In this document: positions 19,862 to 29,399 of the stretch, one piece after another | Numbering within the stretch: the stretch's first letter is position 1 | Layout of the letters: every line of letters starts with the position of its first letter | Source of the DNA: Dichotomicrobium sp. | GTDB lineage: Bacteria; Pseudomonadota; Alphaproteobacteria; Rhizobiales; Rhodomicrobiaceae | DNA: 47,041 nucleotides | NCBI GenBank assembly: GCA_046543175.1 | Contig: JBKGZY010000001.1 | Span: 1 to 47,041 of the forward strand | Reading direction: 5' to 3' | Program-made: the position numbers and the translations under genes | Notes under the pieces: model-generated | The model's database searches: none | Told to the model about the DNA's origin: nothing | The model's input: the letters and a program-made list of their open reading frames with translations, nothing else

Positions 19862-20653
19862 ATGAATGTGCCGCAGGTCTTTCCTTCGCCGCAGGCCGTG
19901 GACTATTCCTCCCCTAGCGCCGTCAAGAGATTGGGGGTCATTGCGCTGGCCACCGACCTGACAAGCGAGCGGGATTTCGCCCGGATCATCCCGCTTGAAA
20001 AGGCCGGGCTCCATACCACGCGCGTCCATTATGAAAATCCCACGACACCCGAAAACTTGCGGAAAATGGCGCCGCGATTACAGGCGGCGGCCGACCTCAT
20101 TCTGCCGGGCGTAGCACTCGACGCGATCTGCTTCAGCTGCACGTCGGCGTCCGTCGTCATCGGGGACCGAGAGGTCGCCGCGGCCATTAATGCCGCGCGG
20201 CCCGGCGTTCCGGTTGTCACGCCTACATCTGCGGCAAGGCTGGCTCTGACCGCGCTCAAGGCGGAGCGGATTGCCGTGCTGACCCCCTATCTTGTCGAAA
20301 CAAGCGAGCCTATGGCGGCCTATTTTCATGCCCACGGCTTTGACATTGCGCGATTCGAGTGCTTCGGCCTCCAGGACGATCGCGATATGGCGCGTATCAC
20401 CGGGAAAACGTTGGTCGAGGCCGTGTTGCGGCTCGATGAACCGGCTACCGAAGCGTTTTTCATCTCCTGCACCGCCTTGCAGTCCGCAGAAGTCGTTGCC
20501 GAGATCGAAGCGCGAACAGGCAAAGCGGTGATCACGTCGAACCAGGCGAGCGCATGGGCGATGATGCGCCATGCCGGGCTCGATGAACCTGTCGGCGGGT
20601 ATGGCCGCCTGTTCGAACTGGCACTGCCGAAACGTCCCGTGGAGGTCGCGTGA
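19862..20653 (+). CDS. eutA: Ectoine utilisation protein EutA (Asp/Glu racemase, maleate isomerase family)
   Basis: LATDLTSERDF, NPTTPENL, FSCTSAS, LTPY, FISCTAL, TSNQA; ATG 19862 after AGGAG. Confidence 0.9.
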   Translation: MNVPQVFPSPQAVDYSSPSAVKRLGVIALATDLTSERDFARIIPLEKAGLHTTRVHYENPTTPENLRKMAPRLQAAADLILPGVALDAICFSCTSASVVIGDREVAAAINAARPGVPVVTPTSAARLALTALKAERIAVLTPYLVETSEPMAAYFHAHGFDIARFECFGLQDDRDMARITGKTLVEAVLRLDEPATEAFFISCTALQSAEVVAEIEARTGKAVITSNQASAWAMMRHAGLDEPVGGYGRLFELALPKRPVEVA

Positions 20654-21651
20654 GCGGCGTCACACCAATTCAGCTTGCAGATGTCGAGCGCGCGCGGACC
20701 CGGATTGCCGGCACCATTCGCCGAACGCCGATCGAACCTTCGTTGAGCCTGTCCGAACTGGCCGGCGTCCCCGTTCATCTCAAGCTCGAACACTTGCAGA
20801 TCACGGGGAGCTTCAAGCTGCGCGGAGCGGCAAATGCGATTTTCAGCCTGGATCAGGAGAGCCGGGAACGCGGGGTGGTCGGCGTGTCCACTGGCAATCA
20901 CGGCAGGGCCCTGGCTTACGCCGCCCGTGAGGCGGGCATCCGCTGCATCATCGCCATGTCGGAACTCGTGCCGCAGAACAAGATCAATGGCATCAAGGCG
21001 CAGGGGGCGGAAGTCCGCATCGTCGGCAAGTCGCAGGATGAAGCGCAGAAGGAAGTCGATCGCCTGGTGCGCGAGGAGGGCATGACCATGCTGCCGCCCT
21101 TCGACCATGCCGATATCATCGCCGGCCAGGGCACGCTCGGCCTCGAACTCATCGAGGACATGCCCGAGGCCGAAACGGTCCTGGTGCAGGTCTCTGGCGG
21201 AGGGCTGATTGCCGGTGTTGCCACGGCGCTGAAAGCGAAGAAGCCGGACATTCGCGTTGTCGGCGTCTCCATGAGGCGGGGAGCCGCGATGTATGAGTGC
21301 CTCAAGACCGGCAGGCCCATCGCCGTTGAGGAACTGCCGACGCTTGCGGATTCACTCGGCGGCGGGATCGGACTCGACAACCGCTACACGTTCCAGATGG
21401 TGCGCGACCTCGTCGATGAGATCGTATTGGTCGATGAGCGCGAGATCGCCGAGGGCATTCGCCATGGCTATTGGCGGGAACGCCAGATCGTCGAGGGCGC
21501 CGGCGCTGTCTGCATGGCTGCGCTGATCAGCGGGAAGGTCCGGCCGTCCGGCCCCACTCTGGCGCTTCTCAGTGGCGGCAATATCGATATGCATCTGCAC
21601 CATCGGATAATATCGGGCGAAGACGTCGATGTATCGGGGGAGAAAAACTGA
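20650..21651 (+). CDS. eutB: Hydroxyectoine utilisation dehydratase EutB (threonine dehydratase family)
   Basis: TGSFKLRGA PLP lysine, STGNHG, SGGGL, ADSLGGGIG; GTGA coupling with eutA. Confidence 0.92.
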   Translation: MSGVTPIQLADVERARTRIAGTIRRTPIEPSLSLSELAGVPVHLKLEHLQITGSFKLRGAANAIFSLDQESRERGVVGVSTGNHGRALAYAAREAGIRCIIAMSELVPQNKINGIKAQGAEVRIVGKSQDEAQKEVDRLVREEGMTMLPPFDHADIIAGQGTLGLELIEDMPEAETVLVQVSGGGLIAGVATALKAKKPDIRVVGVSMRRGAAMYECLKTGRPIAVEELPTLADSLGGGIGLDNRYTFQMVRDLVDEIVLVDEREIAEGIRHGYWRERQIVEGAGAVCMAALISGKVRPSGPTLALLSGGNIDMHLHHRIISGEDVDVSGEKN

Positions 21652-21654
21652 GTA

Positions 21655-22647
21655 ATGCCCAACATCAAGATTCTGACCGAAGCCGAATTGCGCGGACTGA
21701 TTGACCTCGATCTCGAGGCCATCGACTGCGTCGAAGGCGCATTCAAGGCCCTCGCCGGCGGCAAGGTGGTCATGCCGCCCATCCTGTCCATGGCGATCGC
21801 GGAGTATAATGGCGAGGTCGACGTCAAGACGGCCTATGTCCCGGGGATCGAAAGCTTCGCGATCAAGGTGTCGCCGGGTTTTTTCGACAACCCCAGGATC
21901 GGGTTGCCGAGCACGTCCGGTCTGATGATCCTGTTTTCGGCGAAGACCGGCATGGTCGAGGCGCTGCTTCTCGATAATGGCTATCTCACCGACATACGCA
22001 CGGCCGCGGCCGGGGCGGTCGCTGCCCGCCATCTTGCGCCGGAGGATGCCAGGACGGTCTGCATCGTCGGTGCCGGAACGCAGGCCCGGCTCCAACTCAA
22101 GGCGCTTTCGCTGGTCCGGCAGATCAGCAGGGCCGTGCTCTGGGCACGGAACATTGAGAAAGCACAAGCAACGGCGGCTGACATGGCGGCCACGCTCGGG
22201 ATCGATGTCACGGCGAACGCCGACTTGCCGGCAGCGGTCGGTTCGGCTGATGTGATCGTCACGACGACGCCTGCAACCTCGCCACTTGTCATGGCCGACT
22301 GGCTGCGCCCCGGCCAGCATGTCACAGCGATGGGCTCCGACCAGCATGACAAGAACGAGCTGGAGCCCGCCTGCCTTGCCCGGGCCGATCATTACATCGC
22401 CGACAGGCGCTCGCAGGCAGAACTGTTAGGAGAACTCCACCATGCGCTTGCCGCCGGTGTCGTCGCCCCCGATGCCATCATCCCGGAACTTGGCGACATC
22501 ATCGTTGGCCGGGCATCGGGGCGGACATCGCCCGATGCGCTGACGATCTGCGATCTTACCGGCACCGGCGTTCAGGACACCGCAATTGCCACCTTCGCCC
22601 GACAGCGCGCCGAAGCTGCCGGCGTGGGAGCCAATTTCGACAGCTAG
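21655..22647 (+). CDS. eutC: Ectoine utilisation protein EutC (ornithine cyclodeaminase family)
   Basis: GEVDVKTAY, SPGFFDNP, DNGYLTDIRTAAAG, GAGTQA, DLTGTGVQD. Confidence 0.92.
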   Translation: MPNIKILTEAELRGLIDLDLEAIDCVEGAFKALAGGKVVMPPILSMAIAEYNGEVDVKTAYVPGIESFAIKVSPGFFDNPRIGLPSTSGLMILFSAKTGMVEALLLDNGYLTDIRTAAAGAVAARHLAPEDARTVCIVGAGTQARLQLKALSLVRQISRAVLWARNIEKAQATAADMAATLGIDVTANADLPAAVGSADVIVTTTPATSPLVMADWLRPGQHVTAMGSDQHDKNELEPACLARADHYIADRRSQAELLGELHHALAAGVVAPDAIIPELGDIIVGRASGRTSPDALTICDLTGTGVQDTAIATFARQRAEAAGVGANFDS

Positions 22648-22704
22648 GTCGCGTTGCCGCCGTCACTCAACTTTGTGGGTGATGCTTCGGCATCTGGTTT
22701 CAAC

Positions 22705-22745
22705 CAGCGAAAGTGGCTCCCGCTTTTGCTGAACGTGTTCTGGTC
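22705..22745. repeat. Degenerate rhizobial RIME/BRU-RS-like palindromic element
   Basis: CAGCGAAAGTGG-CTC-CCGCTTTTGCTG hairpin; the minus strand reads AGAACACGTTCAGCAAAAGCGGGAGCCACTTT, similar to recalled AGAGCAT...AAAAGTGGGAACCGGTTTT repeats. Confidence 0.45.
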
Positions 22746-22762
22746 CGCTCGAATTGGATTTC

Positions 22763-23950
22763 ATGGTCACGCCCAGCCTCAAGTTTTCCCTGGACGAGTA
22801 TAGCCGCAGAATCGCCAAGACGCGCGAGGCGATGCAGGCCAAAGGCGTCGAGCTTGTCATCATATCCGATCCCTCGAACATGGCCTGGCTGACGGGCTAT
22901 GACGGCTGGTCATTCTATGTGCACCAGGCCGTGCTGCTCGGCCTGAATGGGGAACCGGTGTGGTTCGGACGCGCTCAGGATGCCAACGGAGCCAAGCGCA
23001 CCTGCTTCATGGATCACGCCAATATCATCGCCTATCCGGACCACTACGTTCAGTCCACGGAGCGTCATCCCATGGATTATCTCTCGGCCCGGATCGAAGA
23101 ACGGGGCTGGGCGAACCTCCGGATCGGCGTGGAAATGGACAATTACTGGTTTTCCGCCGCCGCCTTCGGCTCGCTGCAGAAACACCTGCCCAATGCGCGG
23201 TTCGCCGATGTAACCGGCCTGGTGAACTGGCAACGCGCGGTCAAGTCGGAGCAGGAACTCCGCTACATGCGAACCGCCGCCCGCTTTGTCGAGCGTATGC
23301 ACCGGCGCATTCTCGAGAAGGCCGAGCCCGGCTTGCGCAAATGCGATCTCGTCTCGGAGATTTACGATGCCGGTCTTCGTTACGATCCTGATGTGGCAGC
23401 GGGGGGCGACTATCCGGCCGTTGTGCCGCTACTGCCCTCGGGCAAGGACGCGGCCGCACCGCATCTGACCTGGACGGATGACCTGCTGAAGAAGGATGAG
23501 GGCATATTCTTCGAGATTGCCGGCGTCTACCGTCGTTATCACTGTCCGCTGTCGCGAACGCTTTTTCTAGGCAAACCCACGCAGGCATTCCTCGATGCCG
23601 AGAAAGCCATGATTGAAGGCGTGGAAGCCGGCCTGGAAATGGCGCGCGCGGGCAACCGCTGTGAAGACATCGCCAATGCCTTTTTCGCGGTCCTGAAGAA
23701 ATATGGCCTGATCAAGGATAGCCGCACCGGCTATTCAATCGGCCTGTCCTATCCGCCGGACTGGGGCGAACGCACAATGTCCCTGCGCACCGGCGACAGA
23801 ACGGTTCTGGAAGAGAACATGACCTTTCATTTCATGCCCGGCTTGTGGATGGACGATTGGGGCATCGAAATTACCGAGAGCATCGTTATCGGCGCATCCG
23901 ACCCCGAATGCCTCGCCAATGTGCCGCGGCAGTTGTTCGTCAAGGACTGA
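22763..23950 (+). CDS. doeA: Ectoine hydrolase DoeA/EutD (M24 peptidase fold)
   Basis: DPSNMAWLTGYDGWSFYVHQ, YVQSTERHPM, GGDYPA, AAPHLTW, SYPPDWGERT. Confidence 0.95.
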   Translation: MVTPSLKFSLDEYSRRIAKTREAMQAKGVELVIISDPSNMAWLTGYDGWSFYVHQAVLLGLNGEPVWFGRAQDANGAKRTCFMDHANIIAYPDHYVQSTERHPMDYLSARIEERGWANLRIGVEMDNYWFSAAAFGSLQKHLPNARFADVTGLVNWQRAVKSEQELRYMRTAARFVERMHRRILEKAEPGLRKCDLVSEIYDAGLRYDPDVAAGGDYPAVVPLLPSGKDAAAPHLTWTDDLLKKDEGIFFEIAGVYRRYHCPLSRTLFLGKPTQAFLDAEKAMIEGVEAGLEMARAGNRCEDIANAFFAVLKKYGLIKDSRTGYSIGLSYPPDWGERTMSLRTGDRTVLEENMTFHFMPGLWMDDWGIEITESIVIGASDPECLANVPRQLFVKD

Positions 23951-24151
23951 GCATCAGCGCGGCGTGATCGAAGCTTGCGGGGAAAGGCCGGGGCAGCGTT
24001 GATGTCGTAATCGCGGCCGTGAAGTTCCGATTGCTGTTGTTTTGCCGCCTCGCTCGTGGCCGCGTGCACCGGCGTGCGAATACCCGGAAAACTCTTGCAG
24101 AGCCTGCGGGAATGCCGCTAGCGTCAAGCGTTGTTGCGTCAAGGTAAACAC

Positions 24152-24979
24152 GTGTCTGATCCAGAACCAGTATTGGATCCGCAGCCTTGCGTCGGCACCG
24201 CCGGCGCTCTGGAGCAATCGTATCTGAATGTCGACCGGGTGCATAAACGGTTTGGCTCGCTTGAAGTCTTGAAGGGCGTCTCGCTTCAGGCGGCGGAGCA
24301 CCAGGTGGTTTCCCTCATCGGCGCTTCCGGATCGGGCAAGAGCACGCTGCTGCGCTGCATCAATCTCCTCGCCATTCCCGACAAGGGCGATATCTGGATA
24401 GATGGCGTCCGCCTGCCGCTGTCCTCCGGCGACCGTCCCCATCGGCGCATCACCGACAAGAAGGCCGTCCGGCTGATGCGCGCCCGGCTCGCAATGGTGT
24501 TCCAGGATTTCAACCTTTGGGCACATATGACGATCCTGGAAAACGTCATGGAAGCGCCCGTTCAGGTTCTCGGCGCGAGCCGGGCCGAGACACGGGAAAA
24601 GGCCGAGGCCCTGCTCGAGCGCGTTGGCATCGCGGACAAGCGCGACAACTACCCCTCACAGCTTTCCGGCGGTCAGCAGCAACGCGCGGCAATCGCCCGT
24701 GCACTGGCGATGGAGCCGAAAATCCTGCTTTTCGATGAGCCGACCTCCGCGCTCGATCCCGAGCTTGTCGGCGAGGTGCTCAGGGTCATGCGCGATCTCG
24801 CCGAGGAAGGACGGACCATGCTTGTCGTGAGCCACGAAATGAGCTTCGTACGCGAGGTTTCGAACAAGGTGATCTTTCTGCACCGGGGCCTGATCGAGGA
24901 AGAGGGCGCGCCTTCCGAGCTGTTTCGCGCGCCGAAAACCGAAGCCTGTCAGAAGTTTCTCTCAAGCGTCATCCGATGA
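24152..24979 (+). CDS. Polar amino acid ABC transporter ATP-binding protein (HisP/AotP type)
   Basis: Walker A GASGSGKS, LSGGQQQR, LLFDEPTSALDPE, H-loop; start approximate (GTG 24152). Confidence 0.9.
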   Translation: MSDPEPVLDPQPCVGTAGALEQSYLNVDRVHKRFGSLEVLKGVSLQAAEHQVVSLIGASGSGKSTLLRCINLLAIPDKGDIWIDGVRLPLSSGDRPHRRITDKKAVRLMRARLAMVFQDFNLWAHMTILENVMEAPVQVLGASRAETREKAEALLERVGIADKRDNYPSQLSGGQQQRAAIARALAMEPKILLFDEPTSALDPELVGEVLRVMRDLAEEGRTMLVVSHEMSFVREVSNKVIFLHRGLIEEEGAPSELFRAPKTEACQKFLSSVIR

Positions 24980-25028
24980 CCGATTTTTCTGGCAATTTTA
25001 AAGTGTCTGAAAACAGGAGGGCTAATAC

Positions 25029-25784
25029 ATGCGCATAGGAAAAGGTCTGGCTTCGACCGCCGTGATGGTGGTTGGACTGGCATTCGGATTGGCCAGCGTG
25101 AAGGCACAGGACACGATCAGGATCGCGACGGAAGGCGCTTATCCGCCGTTCAACATGAAGGACGCCAGCGGTGAGTTGATCGGCTTTGACGTCGATATCG
25201 CCAAGGCGCTTTGTGCGGAGATGCAGGCGGATTGCGAGATCGTCGCCCAGGATTGGGACGGCATCATCCCGGGGCTCGTCGCGGAGAAATACGACGCCAT
25301 CGTTGCCTCAATGTCGATCACGCCCGAGCGCGACGAAAAGGTCGATTTCACCAACCACTATTACTCGAACTATCTGCGCATCGTCGCCAAGACCGACAGC
25401 GGTATCGGCGGACAGGACGACCTGACTGGCAAGACGGTCGGGGCCCAACGCGCCACCATCGCCGCGGGCTGGGCCGAGGACAATCTCGGCCGTGCCTCCA
25501 CGGTCAACCTCTATGACACGCAGACCGCCGCATACAGCGATCTCGAAGCGGGCCGCCTCGATGCGCTGATCTCCGACGTCTACCCTGCCTACGACTGGAT
25601 GAAGGACAAGGACGGCTATGAATTTGTCGGCGAGCGGATCGATATCGACGACAAGATCGCCATCGCCGTGCGTGAGGGCGACGATGAACTGCGCGACAAG
25701 TTCAACGAGGCGCTGAAAGCGATCCGCGACAGCGGCAAGTACGCGGAGATCAACGAGAAGTATTTCCCCTTCGACATTTACTGA
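25029..25784 (+). CDS. Polar amino acid ABC transporter substrate-binding protein (Lys/Arg/Orn/His type)
   Basis: Signal peptide, ATEGAYPPFN, GFDVDIA, QDWDGIIPGL, SMSITPER; AGGAGG RBS. Confidence 0.92.
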   Translation: MRIGKGLASTAVMVVGLAFGLASVKAQDTIRIATEGAYPPFNMKDASGELIGFDVDIAKALCAEMQADCEIVAQDWDGIIPGLVAEKYDAIVASMSITPERDEKVDFTNHYYSNYLRIVAKTDSGIGGQDDLTGKTVGAQRATIAAGWAEDNLGRASTVNLYDTQTAAYSDLEAGRLDALISDVYPAYDWMKDKDGYEFVGERIDIDDKIAIAVREGDDELRDKFNEALKAIRDSGKYAEINEKYFPFDIY

Positions 25785-25815
25785 TCGCGTTGTTCAGCGA
25801 TGGGAAGATAACACC

Positions 25816-25845
25816 AATGCCGCGCGGATCTCCGCGCGGCATTTT
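25816..25845 (+). terminator. Intercistronic hairpin after the binding-protein gene
   Basis: AATGCCGCGCGGA-TC-TCCGCGCGGCATT perfect inverted repeat ending in ATTTT. Confidence 0.55.
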
Positions 25846-25871
25846 GCTATGAATTCTTGCTATTTGCGCCA

Positions 25872-26594
25872 ATGAATCTCGGCATCATTGACTTGGGCCT
25901 TCTGAGCTTCGGCGACACCGGCTGGGGCGATGAACTTTTGGCCGGCTGTCTGGTCACCCTGCAGCTCGCGCTATCGGCGCTGGCCATAGGCTTGATCCTC
26001 GGGCTTCTGCTTGCCGGGGCAAAGCTGTCGCGGTTCGCGGTTCTGCGCGCCGTAGCGGAGGGCTACACCGCCTTCATCCGGGCAACGCCGGAATTTCTGA
26101 TCCTGTTGCTGGTCTATTTCGGCAGCGAACGCGCGATCCGCTCATTGCTGGGCATGATCGGCGTATCGGGAAACTTCGAGATGCCACCCTTTCTCGCCGC
26201 CATGATCGGATTGGCGGGGATTTTCTGCGCCTATGCCGCCGAGGTGTTTCGCGGTGCCTATCTGGCGGTACCGCGTGGACAGATCGAGGCAGCCATCGCC
26301 TGCGGCATGTCCGGCTGGCAAGTCTTCAACCGCGTCCGCCTGCCGCAAATGTGGCGTTTCGCAATTCCCGGTCTCGGCAATCTCTGGATGGTTTTGCTCA
26401 AGGATACCTCGCTGGCGGCCGTCATTGCCGTGGACGACCTGTTACGCCAGGCAAAAATCGCCAGTGAAGTCACGCGCGCGCCGCTGACCTTCTATCTGGC
26501 CGCCGGAGCGCTCTACCTGGTGTTGACGGGGCTGTCCGACATCATGCGCCAGCGGCTTGAGCGGCGTTCGCAGCGCGGTATCGCGAGGGCGTGA
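25872..26594 (+). CDS. Polar amino acid ABC transporter permease (HisQ type)
   Basis: GWGDELLAG, IRATPE, EAA loop AEVFRGAYLAVPRGQIEAA, LLKDTSL. Confidence 0.9.
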   Translation: MNLGIIDLGLLSFGDTGWGDELLAGCLVTLQLALSALAIGLILGLLLAGAKLSRFAVLRAVAEGYTAFIRATPEFLILLLVYFGSERAIRSLLGMIGVSGNFEMPPFLAAMIGLAGIFCAYAAEVFRGAYLAVPRGQIEAAIACGMSGWQVFNRVRLPQMWRFAIPGLGNLWMVLLKDTSLAAVIAVDDLLRQAKIASEVTRAPLTFYLAAGALYLVLTGLSDIMRQRLERRSQRGIARA

Positions 26595-26596
26595 GG

Positions 26597-27364
26597 ATGG
26601 ACGCGTTTCTCCGTTCTTATCTCGACGGCAAGTTCTGGCTTTCCGATACGCTTTGCGCGGGTGTAAGGCCCGTATCGCCCGAGATGTTCGCCGAGTTCTG
26701 CCCGCGTTTTTTCGACGGATTTTTCGTCAGCATCGAGTTGCTGGTGCTGTCTACACTGATGGGCTTCGTCATCGCGATCGCAGTCGCGCTCGCTCGCACA
26801 TCGGGCGTCGCGATTCTCGGTTTCATTGCCGGTGCGTATATTTATGTCTTTCGCGGCACGCCGGTGCTGGTCCAGCTTTGGGTGTTTTACTATGGCCTCG
26901 GCGCGCTCGGTGCTGACGGGCTGGGGCCCCTCTGGCCGCTGTTCCGCGACGGCTATACGGTCGGGCTCATGGTGCTGACGATCAATACAGCCGCCTATTC
27001 CGCCGAAATCTTCCGCGGCGGGATCGTCAATGTCCCGCGCGGTCAGCTTGAAGCGGCCACGGCGGCGGGCATGGACTGGTGGACGGTGATGCGCCGCATC
27101 GCACTACCTCAGGCGTTGCGCATCGCGTGGCCAGCCTATTCAAATGAAGTCATCCTGCTGATGAAGTGCAGCGCGCTTGTCTCGACGATTACCGTCCTCG
27201 ATCTCATGGGGCAGACCCGAACGATCTTCGCGCGCACCTACAGCCTTGAGATTTTTCTCTACGCTATCGTGCTCTATCTGCTTCTGGCCGGGACGCTAAC
27301 AGTGATCTTGCGGCTGATCGAGTCGCGGATGCGGCTACCGGGCCAAAGCCGCTTCGCCGGATAA
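26597..27364 (+). CDS. Polar amino acid ABC transporter permease (HisM type)
   Basis: FRGTPVLVQL, AEIFRGGI...GQLEAA, NEVILLMK; start 26591 (GTG) or 26597 (ATG). Confidence 0.9.
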   Translation: MDAFLRSYLDGKFWLSDTLCAGVRPVSPEMFAEFCPRFFDGFFVSIELLVLSTLMGFVIAIAVALARTSGVAILGFIAGAYIYVFRGTPVLVQLWVFYYGLGALGADGLGPLWPLFRDGYTVGLMVLTINTAAYSAEIFRGGIVNVPRGQLEAATAAGMDWWTVMRRIALPQALRIAWPAYSNEVILLMKCSALVSTITVLDLMGQTRTIFARTYSLEIFLYAIVLYLLLAGTLTVILRLIESRMRLPGQSRFAG

Positions 27365-27629
27365 GATGGCAGTATTCTCATGGGCCCGATGCGTCACTTC
27401 GCTCGGGTTGCGCTTCAAAAGCGCAGATCTCCCGCACCGGAGAGCGTGCATCCGTTCCGAACCGTCATATCGAGATTTCGCTTGGGATCTGATCCTCGGA
27501 TATTGCGTCCATATAAGTGGATACCTTTATCTTACAAGTTATCTAAAATTGTTGCAGTTCATCTACGGAATTTTTGACTATATTGTGATACATATATGCT
27601 CATGGCGCATAAGTCTAGAGAGAAATGCC

Positions 27630-27938
27630 ATGATCAATTTGGCAGGATTGGGGGCATTATTCTTTGAACCATCAAACGAATGCCGCGAGCCGAATGCTGT
27701 TCGCATGAGGCATTTGTTCGATGCGAGCTATGAGCCCGAGTATCAGCGCCTCAAATCCGAGGGCCGGCCAATGCGTTGGGTCAGCGAAACCCGGTTGCAG
27801 CAGCATTCGCGGCAGGGCTGGCGGCCCGTCAATAAACGCGACTGCACCGGATGTCCGACCGTCTTCATGGATCATGCCGGCGAGCTGGTCTTGCTGTACC
27901 AGGCCAGCAAATGCCGCGTGGACGAGGTCACGCGGTAA
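27630..27938 (+). CDS. Hypothetical protein (about 102 aa) after an AT-rich intergenic tract
   Basis: Open frame from ATG 27630 after AGAGAGA; no recognised family. Confidence 0.4.
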   Translation: MINLAGLGALFFEPSNECREPNAVRMRHLFDASYEPEYQRLKSEGRPMRWVSETRLQQHSRQGWRPVNKRDCTGCPTVFMDHAGELVLLYQASKCRVDEVTR

Positions 27939-28350
27939 CGGCCTGTACGCGGAGGCGACAGGCTACGTCCTCGTTGACGGAAAAGGCTTCAACACCCACG
28001 GGCCCCTGAGCGCCAACCACCGTGGCTCGAGCTTGTCCGCGGGTGTCACAAGCAGATCGCAGCTTACCGGCCAATGCGATCCGGCGCTGATTGCCCTTAC
28101 CATCGGCAGCAAGCTGAGCGGCGCCACGCCGTCAGCCGAGTGAACTCGCACTGAGCGGGCTGGACAGGGTCCTGCATCGGAAACGGTCTTGTCGCCGGCA
28201 TTCGCCCTGGCCTACGCTGCAAGTCGTCCAGCCCAGATGCTGGCAAGCGAGCACCAGGGGCCGACTTGGCAAACCGGTATCGCTGTACGAGGTGGATCAA
28301 CGTTAATGTTTCGTTTAAGTGTAGCAATGCACAGGGAAAGAGAACGACCT

Positions 28351-29325
28351 ATGATCACCATTTTGAAAAAGGCTGCAACAGCAGCGGCTGCAATGGCGCT
28401 GATGGCTGCACCGGCGATGGCCGAAAGCTGGGATATGCCGACGCCTTATCCCGACGCCACCTTCCACACCCAGAACATCCAGACGTTCGCTGAAGAGGTC
28501 AAAGCGGCCACGGACGGAAAGATCGACATCACCGTCCACTCCGCCGGCTCCTTGTTCAAGCATCCCGAGATCAAGAATGCGGTGCGCAGCGGACAAGTCC
28601 AGATCGGCGAGTTTTTCCTGTCGCTTATCGCCAACGAAAACGCCGTTTACGGCATCGACTCCCAGCCCTTCCTGGCCATTAGCTACGACGACGCGAAGGA
28701 ACTCTGGGACCTGCAGAAACCAGTCGTGACCGACTTGCTCGCCCGGCAGAACCTGGTTCCGCTCTATTCCGTGCCCTGGCCGCCGCAGGGCCTGTATTCC
28801 AAGAACGAGGTCAAGACGGTGGATGATCTTCGTGGCCTGAAATTCCGCGTGTATAACCCGACGCTGGAGTTGTTCGCCAATCTGGCGGGCGCGGCCCCGG
28901 TGCAGGTCGAGGTGCCGGACATCCCGCAAGCCTTCACCACCGGCCAGGTCGAGGCAATGATCACCTCGCCGAGCACGGGCGCCAACTCCAAGGCATGGGA
29001 CTATGTTCAGTATTACTCACCGATCAATGCCTGGATCCCGAAGAATATCGTCGTGATCAACAAGGATATCTGGGACTCTCTGGACGAAGAAACCCGGGCC
29101 GCCATCCAGGATGCCGCCGAGGCCGCGGAGAAGCGCGGCTGGGAGATGAGCATGAAAGAGAGCAAGGCAAAGACCGAGGTCCTGGCTGACAATGGCATGA
29201 CGATCGTGGAACCATCCGATGAACTCATGGACGGCCTGAAAAAGATCGGCGCGGATATGCAGGCCGAGTGGAACGAAAGCGCGAGCGACGAAGCCAAAGA
29301 GGTGGTCGACGCCTTCACGAACTGA
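28351..29325 (+). CDS. dctP: TRAP transporter substrate-binding protein DctP (second system)
   Basis: Signal peptide ending AMA-E, WDMPTPY, HSAGSLF, PWPPQG, GLKFRVYN. Confidence 0.9.
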   Translation: MITILKKAATAAAAMALMAAPAMAESWDMPTPYPDATFHTQNIQTFAEEVKAATDGKIDITVHSAGSLFKHPEIKNAVRSGQVQIGEFFLSLIANENAVYGIDSQPFLAISYDDAKELWDLQKPVVTDLLARQNLVPLYSVPWPPQGLYSKNEVKTVDDLRGLKFRVYNPTLELFANLAGAAPVQVEVPDIPQAFTTGQVEAMITSPSTGANSKAWDYVQYYSPINAWIPKNIVVINKDIWDSLDEETRAAIQDAAEAAEKRGWEMSMKESKAKTEVLADNGMTIVEPSDELMDGLKKIGADMQAEWNESASDEAKEVVDAFTN

Positions 29326-29399
29326 AGCGTGTTCTGATCGTGCCGGAACCGCGTCACCCGCGAAAAGCCCGGAGGGCATCGCAATAACAGTCGGGAATC

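Noticed and set aside
24152-27364. Calling the ABC system ehuABCD
   Set aside because: The binding protein resembles Lys/Arg/Orn binders more than EhuB, so symbols were withheld.
27963-28151. Possible decayed response-regulator receiver fragment (DGV...LKPF)
   Set aside because: Only two short motifs match and no phospho-Asp region is recognisable.
28303-28318. Possible CtrA box
   Set aside because: The TTAA repeats are 8 bp apart, not the canonical 7.
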